The notes beneath the pieces are model-generated. The model searched no databases. It saw only the letters and a list, made by a program, of their open reading frames with translations, and had not been told where the DNA came from. Shown here piece by piece: positions 27,774 to 38,353 of a stretch of 64,000 nucleotides of DNA. Both the position numbers and the translations under genes were made by a program. The stretch lies in the IMG/VR virus record IMGVR_UViG_3300022660_000043, one strand, 5' to 3'. The first letter of the stretch is position 1, and every line of letters begins with the position of its first letter. The stretch comes from a virus (taxonomy: Duplodnaviria; Caudoviricetes).

Positions 27774-28166
27774 ATGAAGTCTATAAAATTTCCAAATATG
27801 TTTGGCACAAGTGGTACGAAGGTGTGGGAAGAAAGCGAATACCGTAAAGCTACTGCTCAAAACCTAAAGTTAAGCTTATTGTCGATGCGAGGCCATTTAC
27901 TAGGTGATCCCTATTTTGGAATCTCGTTGCAGCAATTTATGTTTGAGCCGAATAACTATATCTTAAGAGATCAATTAGTTGATACTATTTATACTCAAAT
28001 TGCAATTTTTATTCCGCAACTAAGAGTACAGAGAAAAGATATAAAGATTATTCAAGATAAACGTAAAGCTTGCTGCTATTGCCAGATTTATGGCATCAAT
28101 AACTTTGATTATACTCCAAATTCTTTTGAGCTACTATTATTTAGTAGTGATGAGAAAACTGTTTAA
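27774..28166 (+). CDS. baseplate wedge/sheath initiator (gp25-like)
   Basis: LLSMRGHLLGDPYFGISL..FMFEPN; start MKSIKFP after GAGG. Confidence 0.8.
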   Translation: MKSIKFPNMFGTSGTKVWEESEYRKATAQNLKLSLLSMRGHLLGDPYFGISLQQFMFEPNNYILRDQLVDTIYTQIAIFIPQLRVQRKDIKIIQDKRKACCYCQIYGINNFDYTPNSFELLLFSSDEKTV

Positions 28167-28188
28167 TTTATAATGAGGAGAATTACTA

Positions 28189-31100
28189 ATGTACAATTAT
28201 AATGAATTACAAGCAGTAGAGCTTTCTCCTACTAAAAAGGATTATTACCAAATATGGTCAGAATTAATAGATGTAGCGAGAAAGCTATCCACTCGTTGGG
28301 ATCCTTCTGCTACCAATGAATCTGACCCCGGTATTATCCTACTCAAAGTGCTTACTGCTGTTGCAGATAAGTTAGCATATAATATTGATGCAAATACTCT
28401 TGAAGCTTTTATGCCGTCTGCTGCACAAGAGTCTTCAATGAGAAAATTATGTGAGATGCTTGGTTATTCAATGCAATATTTCAAATCGGCATCTACACAA
28501 GTCAGAATTTCTTATAAGGGAATTAGTTTTCCTACTAGCGGTGTAATCTCGATTGATAGATTTACTAATATAAAAGATGCAGACTCAAAAGTAAACTATA
28601 TTACTCTACAGCCAGTTCAGCTTTCTCAGGACACTCCCTCGGTTACAGTAGATTGTCTAGAAGGCGAGTTAGTTACTTGCCAAACTGAAAATGGTACTGT
28701 AATTACGCTTAATCATCTTGATGATAATAATCGTTTTTATTTACCTGAACAACAGGTGGCTTCTAATGATAATTGTGTATTTATTTCAAATGTTACATCT
28801 CCTGTTGCCTTCTGGCCGAGTACAACTAACTTAAATACAATTCTTCTTGGCACTAGAGTTTATCAGTTTGGTTTTGACTCTAGTCGAGGCTTACCTTATG
28901 TGCAATTCCCCGAGGATATAAGTGATCTGATTGGTGAAGGACTTTATATTAGCTTTGTACGAACACACGGCGTGTCTGGTAATATTTCCGTTCGCCAGCT
29001 TAGCCAGATGGAAAAGCCTGCATCGTGGTCTTTAGAGGCTACCTCTACCACAGAAACTAAGACCGTTACTATGGCGGATGTTGTGGAAGGTACTGAAGCT
29101 GATGATTTAAGTTGGCAAGATTTAGAGCAGTATTCAATAGCTAATTTATCGAAAGCTATCAATGGTAAAAACCCAGAAACTATTGATGAGGCTTACTGGA
29201 ATTATCAAAAAACTATTGGTACTTTTGATACTCTTGTAACTTGTCGTGACTATATGAATAAAATTTACCAAATGACTAAGACGGATATTGATTCTACTCC
29301 GCTAGTTAGTAATATTATAGTAAGTGATATTCGAGACGACATTAATAGAGCCTATACTGTTTGCACATATACTGATCAAGGTTTAGAGTATGTTCATAAG
29401 CCAGAGAAAAAAATTAAAAAAGTTATTAAAGACAATAGTGAAGAAGATATTGAAGAAGACCGTATTGAATATTTTGATTTAGTACTTTATCCATTTGAGA
29501 CCATTTATGGTACGGGTACTAAAGCAGAATTTATCTCTTCATTTAAGTATACTAATCAAGTAAGTCTTAATGCTTTTGATACCAGATTGTCCGCAAACAA
29601 GACTATAGCTCATAGACTTTGTCTACCAGAATCTGGAGATATTGTATGTATAAAAATTTATTTTAGACTAAGTGCACGTTTAGCTACAACTTCTAAAGTT
29701 TCGACACTAGAAGCAATAGAAATTGAACAAGCAGCACATACTGCTTTGTATAAAGCTTTTAACATGCGTAACATGTCTTTTGGTGATGAGCTTCCATACG
29801 ATTCTATATTAAAGACTCTAACATTCGCTGATGCTAGAATTAAGAATGTAATTCTAGATGATCCTAAGATGTATGTTGTTGCATGTTACAAGAACGGCGA
29901 AGAAGTAGTTGTCATTGATGATACAAATATTTACGTGAATAGAGCTGAAGCTGAAAAGGCTCTTAACTGTTATAAAGAGCTAGTGCTTAAAAATGTTTTA
30001 GCCGGAAAAGTAGCATTATTTAATTTTAATACAGACTATTCACATAATTTTGAGGATAAGTTATATCCTACTGATGTGCTTGGCGGACTTGATGCAACTT
30101 TTAGTTTAAAAGACAATAATACTGTGGAAGATGGTACTATCTCAGCAAAAGAGCTTCACGATAAGAACTATATTAACTATGGAGTTGGAACTGTAGATGT
30201 GTCTATGGTTAGTAAATCTTCGGAAGATGGAGAGCTTTTAAGTTTTAGAGAGCTTTTAAATTCCGTAGACTCTATTTGCTTTGATCTTTATACTAAAGGG
30301 TCTCGTAAAGCTATATACACTATTTGCTATACACCTTTTTGTAGTGTATTAAATGCAGACATCAATCCTAATAGGTTAAAGCTTACTGTTTTAAAGGACG
30401 GCGTTGATATTACAAAAGGCCCAGATAGACTTTTATATTTTAGCTGTGTGCCAGATTCTTCATTAGTTGCTTTTGATAGCATTGAGCCAAAGGATTCTAA
30501 CAAGAATGTAACATTGTGCCAAATACCTTTTAACTGTTCTAACGATGAAGATGCCCCAAGTTTCGATAAAATTGGTATTCGTGTAAAGACTAAACCTGGT
30601 GTAGTTATTACAGATATTAATGAAAACTTGTCATTTAAGTTTACTTGGAATGAGGCTGTCTCTGAGACAAATAAAATTATACCGGAAGGCTCAGATAGCA
30701 TTACTCTTAATAGCGAAGAATCTAATATTGAATCTGCTACCTATCAGCCAGAGCCTGTAGGCGATGATGGCGCTATAACTATCTATTGGCCAGGTCAAAG
30801 CTCTACTACACAGAATACTTCTACAGTAGCTCCTGTAGTAGAGGTTATGCAATCAGGTTATACTGCTTGCTTAGAAGCTTGTGGCTATGGTTTTAGACAA
30901 ACATTAGGTACTTTGTCATTTGAGAAACTAAGTGATTTGGAAAGTAAGTCGGATATAGCAGTTTTAACATTTTCAGTTGGTACAAATAAATATCCTACTG
31001 GATTACGTTTAAAGCCTTTTAAGCCTAGTGGCACCAGTTTTCCCACGGTTAGTATTACCGAAGTTAGTGATGATCATTTAACATTAACGATTCAGACTGA

Positions 31101-34100
31101 TAATACTACTCAAACAAGTAAAACTTATACATTATGGGAGTTATTGACGTTTACTGCAAACCATAAAAACAAGAAATTATACATAGATATAGCTAGGTCT
31201 GATACATTATTAACTTTTGATTTTGATGCTAATGCTAATGCTGGTAGTATTTATTATAATCCTGTAACAGCTAACTACAGTGGTGTTATTGAATACTCAA
31301 TAGAACCTAATATGGCTAAGTTGGTAGGTACAGAAATAAAACTTGACTATCAAGCAAGTTTTGTGGCTAGAAAAATTTTGTGGAAAAAGATAGATAAATA
31401 TCTGTACTGTAGTGATCTTACTAATAATGAAGCTTGGCCTACAGTATTAGACAGCTCTTATAAGCAAGTCGAGCATCTACCAGAAATTTCGCTTTCTAAT
31501 AAATATTATTATACAATAGAGTCCACTAATGTTGATTGGGTAGCTACAGATTCCAAAAAAGAAACACCTCAGACTATATCTTATGATCCTTATGTTAAGC
31601 CAATGGATTGGGTAGGCACACTGCAAGCTCCTATTGTATATAATTCTGATACTAATACTTTAGAAAAAAAGGCAGAGGTTGCTGTAAAGGGAATTTCTGG
31701 CATAGAATCTGACTTAGTGATTAAGCCGGAGAATATCTCTGTAGAGGAGCCACTAGTATTAGCTAGACATGAAGTAATTCAATTTAGAGCTCCTAACTTT
31801 AAGACTGTTAATACTTATCCTGCTTATGTGAATTATTTTGTAAAGCTAAATAATGATACAGGCAGTAATGCAGCTAACAAAAGTCAAGCAGCTGTACCTG
31901 CAACTATGTGGTCGCTTAGGGACTTTTTCAATGGAGGCACTGCAGAGCATTGTAAAGTAACACCTAGTGAGTATAGATATTTCAAGTATGTTACTTTAGA
32001 TACCGAGGGTAAACCGACTAATGACTGGTTTATAGAGGCTAGCGGTCCTGCTTTTGGTAGTATTGAGTGGTGTAAACGTAAGAGCTGGGAAGAGAAAGTT
32101 AATTCAATGCCAGAATCCTTACTTTATAATATATGGACTACTAAGTCTACTACTGCTGGTGCGTATTCTGAGGCAACCGAACAACAGAACTATCTTGATT
32201 ATACTAATAAATATGGTGGAGTTTTTGTAAAAGATGACTCTGGAAGATATAATTTATTTGAAATACCAGATAATACAGACAAAACAAAAGGCATTCCACC
32301 TGGACTTGCATTTTATGTAGTTTACATTACTGAGTCAAACTTCGGAGATTTTATACAATGGCTACAAGGCAATAAGGGCAGTGCCTCAGGAAGAATAACT
32401 TATCGTACTGCAAATGAGGCAGCTGCTTTAGACGGTGTTGCATTAATTACTGGAGTATATTCTCAGGCTAGACCAAATTTGTCTAGAAAACTTGGTCATT
32501 TAATAGATATCTCTAAGTTCAAGTATGCACCAATAGATAGCTATGGTGTGCAGCCTACTACAGTACTAGATACATTTTTTGTGCCACAGCTTTGGGCATC
32601 TGATACTTCGAATTATACTAAAGATGGTCTTGGTAAAGATGCAAAAACAGCAGGTATTTCAGCAAATGCTGAGTATATGCTAAAAGCTGGTGAATATGTT
32701 CTTATTACATATACCACCTCAGAGGGCAGAGAAGACGGCTCTACAATAGTTAAAAATATTGCCTATGGCCCAGGCCAAATTATTAAAACAAACTTTGAGT
32801 TGACAGATAGTATTGAAAAGTCTGCCATAAATAAATATCCAAAAACATCTAATTATGGCCCTTGGGAGCTTAAGGAAGGTAACTCAGTACGAATAATTAT
32901 GCCGACAGAGGTGCCTGGTATGTATTCCTTTGGTGCAACTGAGCAACTTGAGGTACGTGAACCAATTATTGTAGATTTAAACGAAAAACAAACCTACCTG
33001 TATTGGGAAATTAATCCAAGTAATCAAAAAACAAAAGAGATAAATGGGGTAACCTGGGAGTATTTCCCATTTGATGCTGATGGTAAGTATATTCTTCAAC
33101 ATGGTGAATACTTATTCTATACAAATGAGGCAAAAGAAGGCATTGCTTATTACGGTGCAGGTTCTCAGATTTCTTTAAAGACTAAGGGTAATTCTACGAC
33201 AACTCCAGTTGTAGGTAGAGTCTATTCAGAGGAGCCAATAAATGTAGATGAAGCTGCAGACCTAGGTCTAGCTGCTGTAATACCTTGGACCAAAGTTACG
33301 CTCTCTAGAGATAAATATATAGAGATAGCAGAATATCAATTAATAAATCTAGCAGAGGGAGATGAACTCCAGAGTATTAGTTTCCATAAGGATGCAGATA
33401 GCACGATATTGCACGAAAAGTTTGCCAGAGTGACCGGAGCAAAATACAAATGTAACGGAAAGACCGGTGAGCTTCCTTCATTTGACTTGGTAGATTCTAA
33501 GGGAGATTCTATCTACTGGGAAGTGCGTGGCAAATTGGAGCTTAATTTAAATTCTACTATTCCCCAGACATTAACTGTCCATAAGACCCCATCTGGCGCA
33601 GAACAAGCTAGATCTATGATTAAGATACTTGGTAAGACCGGTACTGACGAAGAAAAAACGGAGGTACTGTATACAATAACACCACAAATGACAGCTGCAG
33701 GTCAAGCTCCAGCAGAGTTATCAATATATTCTAATATTGTGTCTCTAGGTCCTGATGGTAAATTTGCTTATTCTGAGGATGATATTCCTGAGTTTAAGTT
33801 GTGTGAGTATGTTGAGCTTACAGAGACTGCAGTAGGCGCTGAGCCTCAAAGCTATATACCAGATTTTGAAAATGGATTTTCAACTTATTCATTAGCACCT
33901 CTTCATAAAGAGGCTACAGAAAAAACACTGTCCTTAAATGCTCTGATAGAAGATAACCATTTTGGATTATTAGCTCTCTATTTAGTATTGCCTAAGGCAG
34001 ATGATTCAGCTAATAGAAAAGTTTATATAACTGCAAAGGCTAATGATACAGTAGTAGACCTTAAATATTTTAATAGACTAGATCCAGACCGAGACCAGAA

Positions 34101-34782
34101 GATAACAACTCTTACAGATATACCTGAGGGTGATTTAATAAAGTATTTTGAGCCTTTTAAGCCTTTTTATATCAACTGTGAGCTAGTTAACGGGGAGCTA
34201 ATTAACGGTGAGTTAGTTAACGGCGAGTTAAGTAATGGTATGAACTTAATTGTTATTCCAGAGAGCTGCACCTTAACTATTAAGGCACAAGGGACCTTAG
34301 CAGGTGATGTACTTATGATTGGTGAACTAAAGACGGTTCCATTGGTTAACCAATTAAATCCTCAGCTTGCTTTTGCGAGCAATGCTAATCTACCTGGATT
34401 AACTACTACTTTGAGGTTTAAGTACCATATTACTAAAGATACTTCTACTGATGATACCACTAGTGGAGAACCTGCAGTAGCGAGTACAATGGAATCTACA
34501 ACTAATGCAACTACTGAAACAGATATTGAGTTTATTGAAGTTTCTACTGCTGAAGTTTACGACTGGCTACGAGATAAAGCAGGGGATAGTGATTTCTACT
34601 ACACAAATGAGCCAGACAATGTATCTGGTTTAGACCTTAACCCAAATGACCCAACTGATACACTAGCACAAGCTAAAAACTGGTTCGACACACAAAATAT
34701 CGTTAATAAGTTTGTAGTATCTCAACTTGATCCAGGCTATCTAAGCGACTATATTGGTGTATCTAAGTTCTCTAAGATTTAA
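28189..34782 (+). CDS. giant baseplate wedge protein (gp6/baseplate-J-like N-terminus with long extension)
   Basis: ESDPG.ILL...DKLAYNID...E.F...LGY, FG, NG...ET...TLVT.RDY; 2197 aa. Confidence 0.8.
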   Translation: MYNYNELQAVELSPTKKDYYQIWSELIDVARKLSTRWDPSATNESDPGIILLKVLTAVADKLAYNIDANTLEAFMPSAAQESSMRKLCEMLGYSMQYFKSASTQVRISYKGISFPTSGVISIDRFTNIKDADSKVNYITLQPVQLSQDTPSVTVDCLEGELVTCQTENGTVITLNHLDDNNRFYLPEQQVASNDNCVFISNVTSPVAFWPSTTNLNTILLGTRVYQFGFDSSRGLPYVQFPEDISDLIGEGLYISFVRTHGVSGNISVRQLSQMEKPASWSLEATSTTETKTVTMADVVEGTEADDLSWQDLEQYSIANLSKAINGKNPETIDEAYWNYQKTIGTFDTLVTCRDYMNKIYQMTKTDIDSTPLVSNIIVSDIRDDINRAYTVCTYTDQGLEYVHKPEKKIKKVIKDNSEEDIEEDRIEYFDLVLYPFETIYGTGTKAEFISSFKYTNQVSLNAFDTRLSANKTIAHRLCLPESGDIVCIKIYFRLSARLATTSKVSTLEAIEIEQAAHTALYKAFNMRNMSFGDELPYDSILKTLTFADARIKNVILDDPKMYVVACYKNGEEVVVIDDTNIYVNRAEAEKALNCYKELVLKNVLAGKVALFNFNTDYSHNFEDKLYPTDVLGGLDATFSLKDNNTVEDGTISAKELHDKNYINYGVGTVDVSMVSKSSEDGELLSFRELLNSVDSICFDLYTKGSRKAIYTICYTPFCSVLNADINPNRLKLTVLKDGVDITKGPDRLLYFSCVPDSSLVAFDSIEPKDSNKNVTLCQIPFNCSNDEDAPSFDKIGIRVKTKPGVVITDINENLSFKFTWNEAVSETNKIIPEGSDSITLNSEESNIESATYQPEPVGDDGAITIYWPGQSSTTQNTSTVAPVVEVMQSGYTACLEACGYGFRQTLGTLSFEKLSDLESKSDIAVLTFSVGTNKYPTGLRLKPFKPSGTSFPTVSITEVSDDHLTLTIQTDNTTQTSKTYTLWELLTFTANHKNKKLYIDIARSDTLLTFDFDANANAGSIYYNPVTANYSGVIEYSIEPNMAKLVGTEIKLDYQASFVARKILWKKIDKYLYCSDLTNNEAWPTVLDSSYKQVEHLPEISLSNKYYYTIESTNVDWVATDSKKETPQTISYDPYVKPMDWVGTLQAPIVYNSDTNTLEKKAEVAVKGISGIESDLVIKPENISVEEPLVLARHEVIQFRAPNFKTVNTYPAYVNYFVKLNNDTGSNAANKSQAAVPATMWSLRDFFNGGTAEHCKVTPSEYRYFKYVTLDTEGKPTNDWFIEASGPAFGSIEWCKRKSWEEKVNSMPESLLYNIWTTKSTTAGAYSEATEQQNYLDYTNKYGGVFVKDDSGRYNLFEIPDNTDKTKGIPPGLAFYVVYITESNFGDFIQWLQGNKGSASGRITYRTANEAAALDGVALITGVYSQARPNLSRKLGHLIDISKFKYAPIDSYGVQPTTVLDTFFVPQLWASDTSNYTKDGLGKDAKTAGISANAEYMLKAGEYVLITYTTSEGREDGSTIVKNIAYGPGQIIKTNFELTDSIEKSAINKYPKTSNYGPWELKEGNSVRIIMPTEVPGMYSFGATEQLEVREPIIVDLNEKQTYLYWEINPSNQKTKEINGVTWEYFPFDADGKYILQHGEYLFYTNEAKEGIAYYGAGSQISLKTKGNSTTTPVVGRVYSEEPINVDEAADLGLAAVIPWTKVTLSRDKYIEIAEYQLINLAEGDELQSISFHKDADSTILHEKFARVTGAKYKCNGKTGELPSFDLVDSKGDSIYWEVRGKLELNLNSTIPQTLTVHKTPSGAEQARSMIKILGKTGTDEEKTEVLYTITPQMTAAGQAPAELSIYSNIVSLGPDGKFAYSEDDIPEFKLCEYVELTETAVGAEPQSYIPDFENGFSTYSLAPLHKEATEKTLSLNALIEDNHFGLLALYLVLPKADDSANRKVYITAKANDTVVDLKYFNRLDPDRDQKITTLTDIPEGDLIKYFEPFKPFYINCELVNGELINGELVNGELSNGMNLIVIPESCTLTIKAQGTLAGDVLMIGELKTVPLVNQLNPQLAFASNANLPGLTTTLRFKYHITKDTSTDDTTSGEPAVASTMESTTNATTETDIEFIEVSTAEVYDWLRDKAGDSDFYYTNEPDNVSGLDLNPNDPTDTLAQAKNWFDTQNIVNKFVVSQLDPGYLSDYIGVSKFSKI

Positions 34783-34793
34783 GGAGGCTACTA

Positions 34794-35489
34794 ATGATTA
34801 GTGTACAGCATTCAGTACCAAATATTTATTATGACTCCTCTAGAGATTTTCAGTTAATAGGACATCTGTTTGATCTAGTACTTAATGCTACTAAAACAGA
34901 TGCAGACCTGCTATTTAATTTACCATTTAGTACAAATTCAGATGATCAGCTCTTAGACCTAATGGCTTATACATTAGGTCTAAGACTAAGTAAAGAGAAA
35001 TATACCTCTGCACAGCTTAGATCTATTTGTAGTATTGCTTTTAAAATGATGCGTGCTAAAGGAAGTCTAGAGGCTGTAAATCTTTTGTGTACTGCCTTAA
35101 TTCGAGCAGACTCTGTAACTGGTAGTTTTGAGGCTGATTTTAGCCACGATAATACTGAATTAGTAGTTTATATCACCAACTTAGCCACATGTAAAGAAAT
35201 TTTGCGAGAAATTTTGCCATATATTGTGCCAGCTGGAATAACTTTTAATATAAAAGAGATGTCGGTGCATGAAGTAAAGTCAGTTACAGAAACAGCAGTA
35301 AGTTCTAATAATGTACATTATGGCATAGCTACTTATACTAATGAGCTTACTCCAGCGGAGTCTATTGAGCTACCGAGATACAAGCTTGATGGAGATGCAG
35401 ATAAGTATACTCCAAGCTATAAGGGAGATTTGGCTAACTTGATTATTAGCGCTGAGAACTTAATTATTAGTGCTGAGGAGGATAATTAA
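34794..35489 (+). CDS. baseplate wedge/tail protein I (gp7-like)
   Basis: LLDLMAYTLG...RAKGS...YIVPAG. Confidence 0.7.
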   Translation: MISVQHSVPNIYYDSSRDFQLIGHLFDLVLNATKTDADLLFNLPFSTNSDDQLLDLMAYTLGLRLSKEKYTSAQLRSICSIAFKMMRAKGSLEAVNLLCTALIRADSVTGSFEADFSHDNTELVVYITNLATCKEILREILPYIVPAGITFNIKEMSVHEVKSVTETAVSSNNVHYGIATYTNELTPAESIELPRYKLDGDADKYTPSYKGDLANLIISAENLIISAEEDN

Positions 35490-35491
35490 TA

Positions 35492-36073
35492 ATGAAAATT
35501 AAAGATAAATGCCTTGGTAACTTTTGTTACCAAGGCCAAGTGAGAACCAGAGTTGTAGATAAAACCAATAGAGTACTAGCTTCCTACGCCTCACATAATG
35601 GAGGTACAACTAAATTTTTCTCAGGTCTGGCTGCGCTTTTGGCAGGTGCGTCTACAGATGTCAGAGCAATTCGTCCAAAGTTTATTGCTTTATATCAATT
35701 AGCCAAGGATGAGACTGACCCAGCTGACACGTTTGATAAGCTTGTAAATAATAAAGCACTTCGTAATGTTACCTCATTAATTCCATTAAGCTCAGCAGTC
35801 TTTAATGGATCACAATCAGCAGATTTACAATTACAAATACCTTTTGTAAATATTACAGGGAATTCAATTTATATGTTTGCTCTTTTTCCTGAAAGTATTG
35901 CAGACGTAAATAATTCTACTGAAGATGTAGCAGAAACACGTTTAGGAGAGGCTATAGCTTACTATAAGCTAATAGACGCAGGTAAGTGGAGTCCAATTAG
36001 CATTGATAGTTCAGCTATTCAGAATAGCTTAATCATCGATTGGTCATTGGCATTTTCAGACAAAGGAGATTAA
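35492..36073 (+). CDS. putative tail fibre attachment/baseplate protein
   Basis: Position between wedge and fibre genes. Confidence 0.5.
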   Translation: MKIKDKCLGNFCYQGQVRTRVVDKTNRVLASYASHNGGTTKFFSGLAALLAGASTDVRAIRPKFIALYQLAKDETDPADTFDKLVNNKALRNVTSLIPLSSAVFNGSQSADLQLQIPFVNITGNSIYMFALFPESIADVNNSTEDVAETRLGEAIAYYKLIDAGKWSPISIDSSAIQNSLIIDWSLAFSDKGD

Positions 36074-36074
36074 A

Positions 36075-37637
36075 ATGTTTTTTAAGAGTAATAACGTAAA
36101 AATTTTTCCTTGCTTTCATAGAGGTCAGTATACAGAGAATAATAAAACGCTCTACTATAACCCAGAATCTAGGTTAGCCACAGAATATAATTTTACTCAT
36201 ATTCCTGGTCTTTTGCTAGGTTATGATAGCTTTGTAATAGAGCATACTAATGCTTGTGTTAGATGCGTAATACATGGGTATTATTTTGAGTTTACCGGAG
36301 ATGCCGCTGGCAAACTACAAGACCCTGATGGTAACCTTAAGGGTAAACTAATAATACGTGAAGGTAAGTTAGCCTCACAAAGTGAGAACGGCTCTAATTA
36401 TTTATTAACGATGGCAGCTGGTGATCAACCTTTTCTAGATACTGGGAATGATGATGAATCATATTGTACTGCTGTTTGGTATGATTTCGAAACTAGTAAT
36501 GACCTTAATATGCCTGCAAAGTTCTCAGGTACAGAAGGTATAATACATACCTTAGATTTGGAAGATAAATATCGTAGAATAATTATTAAAGATGATGTTC
36601 ACTCTTTACAAGTAATAGCCGATCTACAGACAGGGGTTGAAGAACACAAGGCTGATAAAAACAATCCTCATGAAGTAACAAAAGCTCAAGTCGGTTTAGA
36701 TAAGGTAGAAAACAAATCTACTGCAACTATCAAGTCTGATTTTACTGGTGCTGTTGCTAGGGGCAATACAAAATTTGTAAAGGGCGGAGATGTTTATACT
36801 GCCATTGAGGCTATTAAGAAAACTGATAGCGAGGCTAGGTCTGACGACGAGACTATAGCAGGAGCTAAAAAGTACGCAGAAGAGCAAGCAAGTAATGCTG
36901 TAGAGACACTTGCTAATGGTCAAGTAAAGACTAACAAAGAAGCAATTGAAGGCCTTCAGAAAGCTCTTGGTACTGATACTACAGTAGGGCCTGAAGATAC
37001 GTCTATTAAGTCTAGGGTTGATAACCTTGAAAAAGAGTTTGATGATCCTACCGGCCGTGTAAAGGTTGCTGAGGATAAAATTGACGTTCTCATAGGAGAT
37101 ACTGGTACTATTGCCGCAGGCGATGCTGCTACTCTTGATTTAGCTAAGAGCTACACTGATGATGAGATCGATAAGCTTAAGGCTAGAGATACCGAAATTG
37201 CTGGTAACGTTACTGCTCTTCAGAGTATCGTTGAGAATGGCAGTAATTCTAATGCTAACTTAAGACAGGCTATTACTGAGCTTCAGACTCTTACTGGCGA
37301 GGTCGGTGCGATTGAGCGCGCTATTGAGGCTGTCGATGAAAATCTTCAAACTAATTATTTGTCAAAAACAGATGTCGAGGGCACAAAGCTTGGTATTTAT
37401 GCAGTAGCTTTTGATCTAAGCAAGTATTCTGGAAATCCTGAAAGCTTGAGTCCTGAATTTAAAGAGGCTACCTCACGTCCGATAGTATTCATCTCAGGAT
37501 GCTCTATGCTACCAAGTCCTCCAGACGGTTATGCTTGGTTTGACAGTGCAAATGAGGATGCTCTTAAGGTTGAAGCTATAACTACAAATATAATTTTATA
37601 TTTAAAGGAAAGTAATACTTCAGAAGAAACCATCTGA
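36075..37637 (+). CDS. tail fibre protein
   Basis: HKADKNNPHEVTKAQVGLDKVEN motif, coiled-coil shaft with AK.Y.D/E repeats. Confidence 0.75.
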   Translation: MFFKSNNVKIFPCFHRGQYTENNKTLYYNPESRLATEYNFTHIPGLLLGYDSFVIEHTNACVRCVIHGYYFEFTGDAAGKLQDPDGNLKGKLIIREGKLASQSENGSNYLLTMAAGDQPFLDTGNDDESYCTAVWYDFETSNDLNMPAKFSGTEGIIHTLDLEDKYRRIIIKDDVHSLQVIADLQTGVEEHKADKNNPHEVTKAQVGLDKVENKSTATIKSDFTGAVARGNTKFVKGGDVYTAIEAIKKTDSEARSDDETIAGAKKYAEEQASNAVETLANGQVKTNKEAIEGLQKALGTDTTVGPEDTSIKSRVDNLEKEFDDPTGRVKVAEDKIDVLIGDTGTIAAGDAATLDLAKSYTDDEIDKLKARDTEIAGNVTALQSIVENGSNSNANLRQAITELQTLTGEVGAIERAIEAVDENLQTNYLSKTDVEGTKLGIYAVAFDLSKYSGNPESLSPEFKEATSRPIVFISGCSMLPSPPDGYAWFDSANEDALKVEAITTNIILYLKESNTSEETI

Positions 37638-37653
37638 GATTATTGATTAAATG

Positions 37654-37695
37654 ATAAAAATAAGTCCTGGTCAATTGACCAGGACTTATTTTTAT
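37654..37695. terminator. bidirectional terminator (42-bp perfect palindrome)
   Basis: ATAAAAATAAGTCCTGGTCAA|TTGACCAGGACTTATTTTTAT between convergent operons. Confidence 0.85.
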
Positions 37696-37706
37696 ATCAG
37701 GTTTTA

Positions 37707-38330
37707 TTATTTAAAGTAATCACCGTAAGATACGTCAGTAAGTACTGCCATATCATATTCAAACTCAACAGAGAGTTTACGTTTGCCGTCATTTTCACGG
37801 TCAAACTCAGAATCGCCGACCTTCTTTACGAAGATACCACGAATTTCCCACTCACGGATAAGAACGTAGTCCTGAGTATACTCACGAAGGTAAGCAGTCT
37901 TCTTGTAGTCTTTCATACGTCCACCCATACGAGTATATGGATTATACGCGAGGTATAGCCAGGAGATCATGATATCCTTGGTATTAACTCCGACGATATC
38001 ATCAACTTCAAGGGTACCGCTATCCCAAGTAGGTACGCCAGCGAACTTAACTACATCATTACCACGACGGTATTCATGAGTCTCAACACTAAACTGAGGC
38101 ACAGAAGTCTTAGTAACATTGAGTCTTAAAATATCAGACGCATTAGCATCGTTAAGCTTAAGTGCGGTTTTATCATCGTCACCAGACTCAGTAGGTTTAC
38201 GTAGGTTAGATAACTGAGCAGTAGGAACGTCTAGAACGAAGAACGCTGTTCTAGCTGCTTCATAATTCTGGAGCTCTGTGGCAATATGGTAAGAGCCTAG
38301 AGCTTTATCAACATTAATATAATTTGGCAT
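37707..38330 (-). CDS. tail tube protein (gp19-like)
   Basis: VKFAGVPTW...W...DYKK.A.L.EY...W...G.F...EFEYD; follows sheath. Confidence 0.85.
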   Translation of the reverse strand: MPNYINVDKALGSYHIATELQNYEAARTAFFVLDVPTAQLSNLRKPTESGDDDKTALKLNDANASDILRLNVTKTSVPQFSVETHEYRRGNDVVKFAGVPTWDSGTLEVDDIVGVNTKDIMISWLYLAYNPYTRMGGRMKDYKKTAYLREYTQDYVLIREWEIRGIFVKKVGDSEFDRENDGKRKLSVEFEYDMAVLTDVSYGDYFK

Positions 38331-38353
38331 AAGTTAGTTTCTCCTTTCTAAGA

